A stretch of DNA of 64,000 nt from an uncultured Chlorobiaceae bacterium (GTDB lineage: Bacteria > Bacteroidota > Chlorobiia > Chlorobiales > Chlorobiaceae). The stretch covers positions 1,592 to 65,591 of the forward strand of contig CAIMHT010000040.1 of NCBI GenBank assembly GCA_903840935.1, read 5' to 3'. Position numbers and translations under genes: made by a program. The notes below the pieces were generated by a model, which was given only the letters and a program-made list of their open reading frames with translations, ran no database searches and was not told the origin of the DNA. Shown here in pieces: positions 28,949 through 39,150 of this stretch. Within the stretch, counting starts at the first letter, position 1. Every line of letters begins with the position of its first letter.

Positions 28949-29806
28949 TTATGGAACGGTAATCTGGCCTTCGGCGATGAGTTGCTCTTTATCGTTTTCC
29001 TTGCTGGTGTAGCGGACGATCAACTCTCCACCCTTGAGTTCGACACCTTTGGGCGGGGAGAGGGCCAGTGATACCGTACGTTTTGAATTGGGGGTATAGA
29101 CCGCAATACCATTTATCGCACCAACCGTGACAGCTTTGCCTGCCTTGCCTTTCCATTGAACCACCAGATCGCCGTATGTTGAGCGGTTCCCTTCGCGTTC
29201 AATGGTGAGGTGCAGCCCTTTTGTATCAAAACGAAGGCCGCTCAGCCTTGCTGTCGCCTTCAGCGAGCCATGGCGCACAATAACCGGAATCGTTACGCCG
29301 TAAATGGGTATCAGCTTGATCTGTATGCCACTGCTTATCGAATCAGGTTTGACAGCATTCTCGGCAGAGGGAATAAGGCGAAAGCTCAGGTGGGAGCGGT
29401 ATTCACCCTCGGCCAGGTCAGCAGGCTTGCGCAGCATCATCCGCACCATCTGTACCTGCCGGGGCTCAAGGATTACCCGGCGCGGAGTGAAGCGGACCAG
29501 GGTGTCAGCAAAGTGCTCCTGAGGGTCTGGCGGAGTAGTTGCATCAATCTCTTTTATTTCACCGGTTTCGCTCATGCGGCACTGCACAAAAGAGAGTGCG
29601 TAGGTATGCGGCTTCTCGCTGCGGTTGACCAGTGCCAGTTCAGTGGTTGGCATATTCCCCTCAAAGACAACCCGTGTAGGGGTTACGAGCAGATCCTGGA
29701 TTGAAGAGGCGGCAGAAGCGGTCTCATCGGCGGCCATCGCCGGTTTGGCGGAACAGAACAGTGTGAACGCCATCAAGAGGGTCGAGAACAAGTGCTTGAT
29801 CTTCAT
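28949..29806 (-). CDS. PapD-like periplasmic fimbrial chaperone
   Basis: Signal peptide; LLVTPTRVVF, RFTPRRVILEPRQVQMVR, EGEYRSHL, IPVIVRHG and REGNRSTYGDL motifs. Confidence 0.85.
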   Translation of the reverse strand: MKIKHLFSTLLMAFTLFCSAKPAMAADETASAASSIQDLLVTPTRVVFEGNMPTTELALVNRSEKPHTYALSFVQCRMSETGEIKEIDATTPPDPQEHFADTLVRFTPRRVILEPRQVQMVRMMLRKPADLAEGEYRSHLSFRLIPSAENAVKPDSISSGIQIKLIPIYGVTIPVIVRHGSLKATARLSGLRFDTKGLHLTIEREGNRSTYGDLVVQWKGKAGKAVTVGAINGIAVYTPNSKRTVSLALSPPKGVELKGGELIVRYTSKENDKEQLIAEGQITVP

Positions 29807-29880
29807 AGGACTTCACGAAAATGTTTACTTATCCTAGTAGCAGTGCTTTACCTCATGATAAGAAATATTCAGGGAAATAT

Positions 29881-30393
29881 TTAATTGTAGGCAGCATCGA
29901 CGTTAAAACTTCCGGTATAGCTGCCGGTCGCCTGGCCACTGGAAACCGAGAGCACTCCGCCAACCTTGAAGACTTCCTCACCGCGTCCATCGAGAGTGCC
30001 GGTGGCGTTATGCTCCAGGCCGTTCACCGTCATTGAGCCGCCACTGCCATTGGTGATGGTGGTTGTGGTATCCATGGTGATGGAATAATGAAAATCTGCC
30101 TCACCGATGACTTTAAATTGTGCCGGTCCCGTTGGTAACTGAGTGGTCAACGTCACACCAGTGGAGGGGGTAACAACTCCGGCAGAGGTAACGGTAACCG
30201 TTCCGCCTGTACCAGGAATGATGTGTCCAAAGGCAAGATCACCATGCGTTGTTGTGTACGGATTAATACGGTCAACGGAAATGGATATTGCTGCTCCGAT
30301 CCTTGCCGTAGCAGTGCCCGATGCGGCAGAGACACGGGAACCAGGAGCGAATAACGAGGCCAAGCAGGAGAGTGTAAAAATTATTTTTTTCAT
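29881..30393 (-). CDS. DUF4402-type pilin-like subunit (3rd)
   Basis: MKKIIFTLSCL signal; DLAFGHIIPG; ends GSYTGSFNVDAAYN. Confidence 0.88.
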   Translation of the reverse strand: MKKIIFTLSCLASLFAPGSRVSAASGTATARIGAAISISVDRINPYTTTHGDLAFGHIIPGTGGTVTVTSAGVVTPSTGVTLTTQLPTGPAQFKVIGEADFHYSITMDTTTTITNGSGGSMTVNGLEHNATGTLDGRGEEVFKVGGVLSVSSGQATGSYTGSFNVDAAYN

Positions 30394-30556
30394 ACCTGAT
30401 TTCTTTGTCATTGAAACTCGTTACACCGCCCTTATTCTTTTACTTCCAAGCTTCAATGTAAAAAAATCACGAATGATTATAACTGTTTTTTTTATAGATA
30501 ATTGGAGTAGATATGCTTTTTTATGCAGGTATGTGCTCTGGATGACCAGAGGCGGT

Positions 30557-31087
30557 TTAGTTGTACTGCACAGTCACTGGAAAGGTACCTGTGTAGGTCC
30601 CCGCAGCCTGATTTGCAGCCACCGTCAGCGTTCCTCCAATCTTGAATGAACCATTGCCGGTATTATCAAGTCTCCCGTGTTGTCCCCCGTCGAGGTTATT
30701 ACTAAATGAAAACGTTACCCGCATCGTCTCAGTACCACCTATTTTTGTGATATTGATGTTATTCGGTACACTCCTTACATGGTAGGTCTGACGTTTGTCC
30801 CCGATAATAGAAAAAAGTGCAGGGTGGTAGTCTGAGCTTACCCGGATCACCGCTCCGGTAGAAGTACGGGATTGGCTATCAGGTTGATCAGGATTTATTA
30901 TCACGGTGCCGCCTGTTCCGGGAACGATGGTGCCAAAGGCCAAGTCACTCAGAATACTGAGGCCTATCGGACTTCCAATCGAAGCGGTTGCAGTACCTTG
31001 GGCTGCTTGCGCATCATTTCCTGATGCGAGCAATAATGCCGCCAGTCCTATGATGTATGAAAATTTTTTGTGCAAGCTGAAACCCAA
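30557..31087 (-). CDS. DUF4402-type pilin-like subunit (2nd); start uncertain
   Basis: DLAFGTIVPGTGGTV; ends GTYTGTFPVTVQYN. An in-frame ATG at 31105 (MKKN) is followed by TGA at 31091-31093. Confidence 0.8.
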   Translation of the reverse strand: MGFSLHKKFSYIIGLAALLLASGNDAQAAQGTATASIGSPIGLSILSDLAFGTIVPGTGGTVIINPDQPDSQSRTSTGAVIRVSSDYHPALFSIIGDKRQTYHVRSVPNNINITKIGGTETMRVTFSFSNNLDGGQHGRLDNTGNGSFKIGGTLTVAANQAAGTYTGTFPVTVQYN

Positions 31088-31167
31088 TTGTCAGTTCTTT
31101 TTCATAGATATCACACCCAAAGAGAGAGCGTTTGCAAAACAAATAAAGTTTTTCTGACCCTCAGCAA

Positions 31168-31198
31168 TGAAGGGCTGGAATCATCTCCCAGCTCTTCA
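31168..31198. other. Intergenic stem-loop after the first pilin gene
   Basis: TGAAGGGCTGG ... CCAGCTCTTCA, 11-bp arms with one non-Watson-Crick pair; no clear T-tract. Confidence 0.5.
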
Positions 31199-31227
31199 CT
31201 ATACGGGGTTGATAGGCGAAAAATTAC

Positions 31228-31746
31228 TTAATTGTATGCTGCGTTTACAACAAAGGTTCCACTGTAGACACCGGTTGCTTGGAAAGCGCCAACAGTAAGA
31301 ATTCCACCAACATGGAAAACTTCCGAGCCGCCGGCCAGGCTACCTGAAGCGTCATGGTTTAAGCCACTCACAGTCATAGTTGCACCACCCCCCGATTTGG
31401 TGATGGTAGCAGTAGCGGAAGGAAGTGTTATAGTATAAGTTTTTCCAGTGTCACCTGTGATTATAAAATATGCAGGTCCTTTCGGTAATTGTGTGGTCGA
31501 AATTACGGTGGAAGGAGTAACAACTCCTTGAGGTGTAATCGTCAGCGTTCCGCCTCCATTAGGAATGATGTGACCAAAGGCAAGATCACCACCCGTTAAA
31601 TTGCCGCTCGTTATACCAGCAGTATCTTAGGAGATCGAAATCGCGGTTCCGATCGTCGCTGTCGCTGTGCCGGTAACAGCAAAAGCGTCAGAACTGAAAG
31701 CAAGCAAAGCTGCCATACATCCGAGTGCCAAAATTTTCTTTTTCAT
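31228..31746 (-). pseudogene. DUF4402-type pilin-like subunit (1st) with in-frame TAA at codon 40; absent from the ORF track
   Basis: MKKKILALGCMAALLAFSSDAFAVTGTATATIGTAISIS*DTAG...GDLAFGHIIPNGGGT...FHVGGILTVGAFQATGVYSGTFVVNAAYN*; stop at 31627-31629. Confidence 0.9.
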
Positions 31747-32267
31747 GGTAATTATCCTGTTTGTGATTGAGTAGTTGCTGTCTATTAAAAAAAATCCGGT
31801 ATTCTGTAACCCGATTGTGTGGTAAAGCTCTCATATCCTCAGTTGACTTTACCAACTCCATCTTGTTTCTGGGAGAAATATATATAATTCGTGAAATAAA
31901 TAAAAAAATATATATACGTTTTATTGGATTTATTTTGGCCGTGGGATGTTTTTTTTATCAAAAAATTTGTTATGGCGTTTTATTATAAAGAGATAGTTGA
32001 TAAGTAATTTTTTGAAAATTTTTTGTTGTTGAGAGCTGCATGATTTCATCTATATATATATGCGTGTCGTGATGGCGCTCCAGTAATGCAGGGCTTTTCT
32101 GCCAGCCGGAGTTGCGAGGGAAGGGTGGTGAGGGGAAGCAGAGGAAAACAAATAGTTTACTATATTCCCTGCCTCCGAATGGCGGAAGCTTTTTCCGGTT
32201 GTTTCGCTGTTGAGGTCGATAACTCGCGCCAGTGAATAATTTTATTTCATACAGAGAGTTTTTTTTC

Positions 32268-32804
32268 ATGGAACCCCAAAGCAGTGTAAGGATCGTCTAT
32301 GTGACCGGTGGGGCGCGAAGTGGCAAGAGCTCGTTTGCCCTGCAACTGGCCGCACCCTACAACAACCGCGTTTTTCTGGCAACGGCGGAGCCTTTTGATG
32401 GAGAGATGGTGCAGCGGATCCAGAAGCACCGGGAGGAGCGGGGTGGGCATTTTACAACGGTTGAGGAGCCGCTCGCTCTTGACTGCGCCCTGCGGGCATT
32501 GCCGTTAGGAACAGAGGTGGTTTTGCTCGACTGCCTGACGGTCTGGGCTGGAAACCTCATGCACTACGCTGACGGGAAGGGAGAGGGGGAGATGGAACAA
32601 CAGATTGAGCGCTTTCTTGAGGTGTTGCGCCATCCTCCTTGCGATATTATTGTGGTTTCCAATGAGGTGGGGATGGGCATTGTGCCGGAGAATGCCATGG
32701 CCCGAAAATTTCGTGATATTGCCGGTATTATTAACCAGCGTGTTGCTTCACTGGCTACGGAGGCCTGGCTGCTGTGCAGTGGTTTACCGCTTCGTTTGAA
32801 GTAG
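32268..32804 (+). CDS. cobU: Adenosylcobinamide kinase / cobinamide-phosphate guanylyltransferase
   Basis: TGGARSGKS, RIQKHREER, LLDCLT and VSNEVGMGIVP motifs. Confidence 0.96.
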   Translation: MEPQSSVRIVYVTGGARSGKSSFALQLAAPYNNRVFLATAEPFDGEMVQRIQKHREERGGHFTTVEEPLALDCALRALPLGTEVVLLDCLTVWAGNLMHYADGKGEGEMEQQIERFLEVLRHPPCDIIVVSNEVGMGIVPENAMARKFRDIAGIINQRVASLATEAWLLCSGLPLRLK

Positions 32805-32857
32805 CCAGGTTTATGCTCCAGAGTAACCTATAATAAATATATAAGAGAGAGATAATC

Positions 32858-33922
32858 ATGCATGAAGAGTTGCAGCAGTTGCTGGATTGTATCAAGCCGG
32901 TCTCCCGCTCGCTCAGCGATGCGGCCCAGGCCCATCTTGATGATTTGACCAAGCCCCAGGGGAGCCTGGGCCGATTGGAGGAGATTGCCCTGAGCTATGT
33001 TCTGGCGACCGGCAGAGTGAGCCCTCTGCTTGCAAAAAAGAAAATCTGCTGTTTTGCGGCCGATCATGGTGTGGCGGCTGAAGGGGTTTCGGCTTTTCCG
33101 GCAGAGGTGACCCCCCAGATGGTCTATAATATGCTGAGTGGCGGTGCGGCCATCAACGTGCTGACGCGCCATGCGGGTGTTGACCTTGATGTGGTGGATA
33201 TGGGCGTGAACCATCATTTTCCGGATCTGGCAGGGCTGGTCAAACGAAAGGTACGGCCAGGCAGCGCCAATATGGCCATTGGCCCGGCCATGAGTGAAGA
33301 GGAGGCCTTGCAGGCGTTGCTTTGCGGGGCGGAACTGGCGACTGCTGCACAGGAAGCGGGTTATCATCTCCTTGGAACCGGAGAGATGGGGATTGCCAAT
33401 ACCACTCCGGCAACGGCGCTCTATTCGGTTTTGCTTGATGTGCCGGTTGAGGGGATTTCGGGCAGGGGGACCGGTATTGATGATGAGCGTCTGCTCCACA
33501 AGATTGCGGTTATTAAAAGGGCGATTGCCGTTAATGCCTCCTGTTGCACAACGCCCTTCGGGACGCTTGCGGCGCTTGGGGGTTACGAAATTGCCGCCAT
33601 TGCCGGATTTATTCTTGGTGCGGCTGCCGCCCGTGTTCCGGTTGTGGTCGATGGTTTTATCTCTTCTGCCGGAGCGGTGGTGGCGCTGAAGCTCTGCCCG
33701 GCGGTTGAAGGCTATCTCTTTTTCAGCCACCTTTCCAACGAGCAGGGGCACAGGGCGGTTATGGAGAAGCTTGGCGCCCGTCCGATGCTTGATCTTGATC
33801 TTCGTCTTGGGGAGGGAACGGGTGCAGCCATTGCCATGCAGCTTATTGAGGGGGCTGTGAAAATCTACAATGAGATGGCCACCTTCAGCGCGGCAAGGGT
33901 GAGTGAAAAAAGCGGGGAGTAA
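32858..33922 (+). CDS. cobT: Nicotinate-nucleotide--dimethylbenzimidazole phosphoribosyltransferase
   Basis: [21 protein letters not shown] and LRLGEGTGA motifs. Confidence 0.97.
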   Translation: MHEELQQLLDCIKPVSRSLSDAAQAHLDDLTKPQGSLGRLEEIALSYVLATGRVSPLLAKKKICCFAADHGVAAEGVSAFPAEVTPQMVYNMLSGGAAINVLTRHAGVDLDVVDMGVNHHFPDLAGLVKRKVRPGSANMAIGPAMSEEEALQALLCGAELATAAQEAGYHLLGTGEMGIANTTPATALYSVLLDVPVEGISGRGTGIDDERLLHKIAVIKRAIAVNASCCTTPFGTLAALGGYEIAAIAGFILGAAAARVPVVVDGFISSAGAVVALKLCPAVEGYLFFSHLSNEQGHRAVMEKLGARPMLDLDLRLGEGTGAAIAMQLIEGAVKIYNEMATFSAARVSEKSGE

Positions 33923-33925
33923 GGG

Positions 33926-34687
33926 ATGCTGAGCGGCCTTGTTACAGCCTTGAGAACCCTTACCGTCCTCCCGGTTCCGGGACGGGAGAGCGACCGTTTC
34001 AGCAACTCGCTCTTCTGGTTTCCGGTTGTCGGCCTGCTGCTCGGGCTTGTGGAGGGGGCGATCGGGTTTTGCGGGTTTCGTCTCGGGTGGAATGAGCTTG
34101 CGGCGGCGCTGGTGCTGCTTGGCGGTATTATCTTGAGCCGGGGTATGCATGCCGATGGTCTGGCCGATCTGGCCGATGGATTCTGGGGAGGCAAAACGAG
34201 GGAGGTGGCACTGCGGATTATGAAAGATTCCAACGTCGGCTCTTTTGGTGCCATTGCTCTCTCCGCCATGATGCTGCTCAAATGGGTGGTCCTTCTTAAA
34301 CTTGTCGGCTTTGGAGCCTTTGAGCTCATTGCCGCAGGTGTTTTGCTTGCCCGCCAGGTGCAGGTGCTTCTTGCTTCATCTCTTCCCTATGCACGCAGTG
34401 AGGGAGGTACGGCGCAGGCCTTTGTGAGCGGTGCTGGAGCGCTCCATATTCTGGTAACCTCCCTGCTGACGCTCTTGTTTCTTGTCGCTCTTCTTCATGC
34501 TGACCTCTATGCGCTTGTTACGGTGGTAGCGGCAGCACTGGTTGGGGCGCTGTTGACCGGAGGGTTGAGCTGGCGCAAAATCGGTGGAGTTACCGGCGAT
34601 GTGCTGGGCGCTGGAAGCGAGGTGACCGAGCTTTTCGTCTGGATTGTGGCGGCGTTTTATGCGGGTTTCAGGGCTCACGGGGCATAA
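33926..34687 (+). CDS. cobS: Adenosylcobinamide-GDP ribazoletransferase
   Basis: GMHADGLADLADG, IMKDSNVGSFG and IGGVTGDVLGA motifs. Confidence 0.96.
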   Translation: MLSGLVTALRTLTVLPVPGRESDRFSNSLFWFPVVGLLLGLVEGAIGFCGFRLGWNELAAALVLLGGIILSRGMHADGLADLADGFWGGKTREVALRIMKDSNVGSFGAIALSAMMLLKWVVLLKLVGFGAFELIAAGVLLARQVQVLLASSLPYARSEGGTAQAFVSGAGALHILVTSLLTLLFLVALLHADLYALVTVVAAALVGALLTGGLSWRKIGGVTGDVLGAGSEVTELFVWIVAAFYAGFRAHGA

Positions 34688-34716
34688 AGGTGTAGAGGGG
34701 AGCGATTCAAGGGTAA

Positions 34717-35409
34717 TCAGTCGCGGTTTTCGATCTGCACCATGCGTCTCTCCGGCAGGATAACGGCGGACAGCCATCCAAGGAGGGGGTTATCGGTGTA
34801 GACGCAGCCGGTATCGATGGCAACAAGTTTTTCAAGCATGATGGGCAGGGGAAGGGCGGTGTGGGCGCAGACAACGGTTTTTTCCCATTTGTAGTTGTTG
34901 CGTTCAAGAAAGGAGCGCTGAATATGCACCCGTTGCCAGCAGAACTCTTCAGGCTTGTAGTAACGGAGATTATCCTTTATGGAGAGTTCAGGGTCGAGGC
35001 CGCCGTGGGTAAAAAAATAGTTTTCGGTTTCAAGAAAGTAGTGGCAGTGTCGTAAAAGATGGAGATGTTTTTCAGGCAGGTCGTGGCCATCACCACTATG
35101 GTATGATGCAAGGGTGGCCTTTCCCCCGTTGTTGAGCCATTTGTCGGCATTGTGGTTTTTAAGGTAGTCAAGGTAGAGCAGCTCATGGTTGCCCATAATA
35201 AAATGACAGGAGTATTTGCTGCTGAGAGTGATGAGGTAGTCGATCACCTCTTTTGAGTGTTTGCCCCGGTCAATCATGTCGCCCAGAAAAACCAACTGAT
35301 CGTCCGTTTCTGGCTCAATCTTCTTGATCAGCTTTTTGAGGGGACGGAGGCAACCGTGAATATCTCCTATTGCTATAATGCGGCGGCTTTCCGATAAGGA
35401 ATCATGCAT
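34717..35409 (-). CDS. Metallophosphoesterase (PPP/PrpA-like)
   Basis: GDIHG, GDMIDRG, GNHE, THGG and IDTGC motifs. Confidence 0.93.
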   Translation of the reverse strand: MHDSLSESRRIIAIGDIHGCLRPLKKLIKKIEPETDDQLVFLGDMIDRGKHSKEVIDYLITLSSKYSCHFIMGNHELLYLDYLKNHNADKWLNNGGKATLASYHSGDGHDLPEKHLHLLRHCHYFLETENYFFTHGGLDPELSIKDNLRYYKPEEFCWQRVHIQRSFLERNNYKWEKTVVCAHTALPLPIMLEKLVAIDTGCVYTDNPLLGWLSAVILPERRMVQIENRD

Positions 35410-35466
35410 ATCGGTAGTGCGGTGCAGGAGCAACGTGAATCGGCAAGCGGATGTTGCAATAGCGGT

Positions 35467-35940
35467 TCATGAAGCGATCCGGTATTTCATGGCAACGGTT
35501 ATCTCAAGCTCTTTCTTGTCGAGCGTGAAAACGGAATCCTGGAATTTTGGTCCGCCAAACCCGATTTTCGGGTTGTTTGAAACGCCCACACCCTCTTTTG
35601 GTATACCAAAAAAGTTGGTATCAAGTTTTCCGTTGTTGTTTTCGTCGTGCATGATGCTGACGGCATAGCTGCCGTAGGGAAGGTGTTCGAAAACAACGGT
35701 ATCGTTACTGCTGGTCACTTTTTTCAGTACCGATGCAAAGGCTTGTTCGTGTTTGCCGGGAAACCCTTTTTTTGAGTTGTAGAGTGAAACGCCAAACATG
35801 CCAACAAGGTTTGTCATGCCGGTGATGTGCACGGTGATGGTGCCGAACTGTGCCGGCGGTTCCGGCGTGTTGTCTGCCGCAAAGAGGGTGACGGAAGATG
35901 CAAAAAAGAGAGCAGTAAAAATCGTGAACAGTTTTTTCAT
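35467..35940 (-). CDS. DUF2141 family secreted protein
   Basis: Signal peptide; YAVSIMHDENNNGKLDTNFFGIPKEGVGVSNN. Confidence 0.9.
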   Translation of the reverse strand: MKKLFTIFTALFFASSVTLFAADNTPEPPAQFGTITVHITGMTNLVGMFGVSLYNSKKGFPGKHEQAFASVLKKVTSSNDTVVFEHLPYGSYAVSIMHDENNNGKLDTNFFGIPKEGVGVSNNPKIGFGGPKFQDSVFTLDKKELEITVAMKYRIAS

Positions 35941-36117
35941 CTGGCCTGTGGTAAGAGGTTTCAGGGTTTAGGTTGAAATATCGCTAATCGTTGTTTCCCA
36001 TACAAGAGAAAGATGGATGGTCGCAATCACCTCTTCTTTTGTTTGTAAAGAAGAGAATTATGAAGTATGCTTTTAGGGTATCCGTTATTCCACGAACCTT
36101 CCAACAAGGGAAGATAT

Positions 36118-39100
36118 ATGACGAAAGAGTTACCCCCTCATCCGGACGTTGAGGCCGAAGGTTCCGGGCAGACGCATCTGCAGCAGATCAATTTTCCTGT
36201 TGTCGGCATTGGTTCTTCAGCGGGCGGGCTGGAAGCCCTTGAGATTTTTCTCAAGAATGTTCCATCGCGATGCGGTATGGCTTTTGTCATTATCCAGCAT
36301 CTTGATCCGACGCACAAGGGGATCATGGTGGAACTGCTTCAGCGGGTTACCGATATGAAGGTTGTTCAGGTCAGCGATCGTCTGCTTATTGAGAGAGATC
36401 ATGTCTACCTCATTCCTCCGAACAAGGATATGTCGATGTTGAACGGGATGTTGCATTTGCTTGATCCTGTTCAGCCACGGGGATTGCGTCTGCCAATTGA
36501 CTCTTTTTTTCGTTCCATGGCATCTGATCTTCGTCAGTACTCCATCGGAGTTATTCTTTCGGGTATGGGTTCCGATGGTACGCTCGGCCTTCGTGCCATA
36601 CAGGAGAAGGGTGGCGGTGTTTTTGTTCAGGATCCCGCATCGGCCAAGTTTGATGGAATGCCTCGTAGCGCAATCAACTCCGGTTTGGCTGATGTTGTCG
36701 CTTCTGTCGAGGAACTCCCTGCAAGAATCTTCTCTTACCTCAAGCATCTGCATTTTTTCGGAGGAGAGAATCGACTCTTTGCCTATCTCAATATGGATTA
36801 TCCTTTGTCAGGAGCAAAGCATCGCATTGAGGAGAGTGCCCAGAGTGCACTCGAAAAAGTGATTATCCTGTTGCGTGTGCATACCGGCCATGATTTTTCG
36901 CTGTATAAAAAAAATACACTCTATCGCCGGATTGAACGTCGTATGGGTATTCATGAGATTGAAAAGATGGAGAGTTATGTTCATTTTTTGCAGGAGAATC
37001 CGCACGAAGTTACCCTGCTTTTCAAGGAACTGCTGATTGGGGTAACCAACTTTTTTCGTGATACGACCGTCTGGGATGTGCTGAAAAAGAGCGCAATTCT
37101 TCCTCTTCTCTCTTCTCGACCGGCTGATGATCTCATTCGGGCATGGGTGATCGGCTGTTCTACCGGAGAGGAAGCCTATTCTCTCGCCATTGCCTTCAGG
37201 GAGGCGGTTGAAGAGGTAAAACCGGCAAGGAATTACCGGCTCCAGATTTTTGCAACCGACCTCGATAAGGATGCTATTGACAAGGCGCGTCAGGGCATCT
37301 ATCCGCCCAATATATCGGCTGATGTTTCTATTGAACGGTTGCAGCGCTTCTTTGTAAAAGACGAACATAACAGCCTCAGGATATCGAGAGAGATCCGCGA
37401 GAGCATTGTTTTTGCTCCCCATAATGTCATCATGGATCCCCCGTTCACCAAGCTCGACATTATTATATGCCGAAATCTTTTGATTTATATGGAGCAGGAG
37501 TTGCAGCAAAAGCTCCTTCCCTTGTTTCATTACAGTCTCAACACCGGAGGCCTCCTTTTTCTTGGTACGGCCGAAAGCATCGGTTCATTCACCTATCTGT
37601 TTGATCCTCTTGATGCAAAAGCACGAATTTTCAGGAAGCTTCCATACGGGCATCGGGCTGAACCTGTTGAGTTTCCAGCCTCTTTTTCTCCGATGTTGCA
37701 TAAAATACCTGAGATGATGAGCAACCAAAAAGCAATGAAAATATCCAGCGTGAACCTGCAATCAATAACTGACCAGTTTTTGCTTCAGCATTATACACCG
37801 GCAGCGGTGCTGGCCAATGAGAAGGGCGATATCATCTATATCAGTGGACGAACCGGCAAATATCTTGAGCCAGCCGCAGGCAAGGCCAACTGGAATGTTT
37901 TTGCGATGGCCCGCGAAGGGCTTCGCTATGAACTGAATATGCTGTTCGGGAGTGCGCTTCATAAAAAAACAATCCTTACCAAAAAGGGGGTAACCGTTGG
38001 TACCAACGGAGGGTCGCAGCGGCTGGATCTGACGGTTGAACTGCTTGAAAAGCCCGACCTTTTGAGAGGGTTGATCCTTATTACGTTTAAAGATGTGCAT
38101 GGTGATGAGTCCGGATTGGAAAAAGGGAGTGCTGAATCGGCAGATGGTGGAGGCAGCCATCCCGGGTTGATCGATCAGGAACTTATGGAGGCTCGTCATG
38201 AGATTTTGACCATTCGCGAAGAGATGCAGAGCTCGCAGGAGGAGTTAAAATCGATGAATGAAGAGATGCAGTCGGCCAATGAAGAGTTGCAGAGCACCAA
38301 CGAGGAGCTGACGACCTCCAAGGAGGAGATGCAGTCATTGAATGAGGAGTTGCAGACGGTCAATCATGAGCTGCAATCGAAGGTGACTGATCTGTCGGAG
38401 AGCAATAATGATATGAAAAACCTGCTGAACAGCACCGATATTGCAACGCTCTTTCTTGATGATGCGCTCCATATACGCCGGTTCACCAACCGGATTTCTG
38501 CGATCATCAAAGTGATTCCTACGGACGTTGGCCGTCCCATAACCGATATTGTCAGTGATCTGGACTATCCTGAGCTGGTTGATGATGCAAGGGAGGTGCT
38601 TCGCACACTTGTCTACAGTGAAAAGCAGATATCGGCAAGTGATGGACGGTGGTTTGTCGTGAAAATCATGCCCTATCGTACCCAGGAAAACAGGATTGTC
38701 GGGCTGGTGATTACGTTTACCGACATCACGGTTGCCAAGACGCTTGAAGGGTGTTTGCGTGAAACTGAAGAGCGCTTTCGTTTTTTGTTTGAAGCCATGC
38801 CTGGTGGTATCCTTCTCCAGGATGGTGAAGGCCGAATTCTGATGGCCAATGGAGAGACTGAACGTATTTTAGGGATCTCTGTAAATGAGATGCATGCCAC
38901 GATGATGGAGGAGCCGCAATGGAGAGCTGTTCACGAGGATGGGTCAGCTTTTCCTGTTGACGAATATCCCTTTCATCTTGTTTTGGGTTCCGGCAAACCG
39001 GTTAAAGATATTGTCATGGGTCTGTTGCGGGATCATGACAAGGGGTGTCGGTGGTTCAAGGTCAGCGCACTGCCCCGTTTCAAGGCGGGTAGGGCAGAAG

Positions 39101-39147
39101 TATTCCAGGTTGTCTCAACATTTATTGAAATCAGTGCTCCCCGGTAG
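36118..39147 (+). CDS. CheB-CheR fusion with coiled coil and PAS domains
   Basis: CheB motifs GSSAGG, IQHL and LSGMGSDG; CheR motifs IGVTNFFRD, GCSTGEEAYS and CRNLLIY; EELQSTNEEL heptads; C-terminal PAS domains. Confidence 0.95.
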   Translation: MTKELPPHPDVEAEGSGQTHLQQINFPVVGIGSSAGGLEALEIFLKNVPSRCGMAFVIIQHLDPTHKGIMVELLQRVTDMKVVQVSDRLLIERDHVYLIPPNKDMSMLNGMLHLLDPVQPRGLRLPIDSFFRSMASDLRQYSIGVILSGMGSDGTLGLRAIQEKGGGVFVQDPASAKFDGMPRSAINSGLADVVASVEELPARIFSYLKHLHFFGGENRLFAYLNMDYPLSGAKHRIEESAQSALEKVIILLRVHTGHDFSLYKKNTLYRRIERRMGIHEIEKMESYVHFLQENPHEVTLLFKELLIGVTNFFRDTTVWDVLKKSAILPLLSSRPADDLIRAWVIGCSTGEEAYSLAIAFREAVEEVKPARNYRLQIFATDLDKDAIDKARQGIYPPNISADVSIERLQRFFVKDEHNSLRISREIRESIVFAPHNVIMDPPFTKLDIIICRNLLIYMEQELQQKLLPLFHYSLNTGGLLFLGTAESIGSFTYLFDPLDAKARIFRKLPYGHRAEPVEFPASFSPMLHKIPEMMSNQKAMKISSVNLQSITDQFLLQHYTPAAVLANEKGDIIYISGRTGKYLEPAAGKANWNVFAMAREGLRYELNMLFGSALHKKTILTKKGVTVGTNGGSQRLDLTVELLEKPDLLRGLILITFKDVHGDESGLEKGSAESADGGGSHPGLIDQELMEARHEILTIREEMQSSQEELKSMNEEMQSANEELQSTNEELTTSKEEMQSLNEELQTVNHELQSKVTDLSESNNDMKNLLNSTDIATLFLDDALHIRRFTNRISAIIKVIPTDVGRPITDIVSDLDYPELVDDAREVLRTLVYSEKQISASDGRWFVVKIMPYRTQENRIVGLVITFTDITVAKTLEGCLRETEERFRFLFEAMPGGILLQDGEGRILMANGETERILGISVNEMHATMMEEPQWRAVHEDGSAFPVDEYPFHLVLGSGKPVKDIVMGLLRDHDKGCRWFKVSALPRFKAGRAEVFQVVSTFIEISAPR

Positions 39148-39150
39148 GGG

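Noticed and set aside
7901-31629. Stop-codon reassignment explaining the two in-frame TAA codons
   Set aside because: TAA terminates many intact genes in this window, so recoding is implausible.
31990-32267. Cobalamin riboswitch upstream of cobU
   Set aside because: No recognisable B12-box or conserved core by eye; an Rfam scan would settle it.
32828-34150. 440-aa minus-strand ORF and similar long antisense ORFs (e.g. 6437-7240, 11883-12737, 22241-22999)
   Set aside because: Shadows of well-supported genes on the opposite strand, with no motifs of their own.
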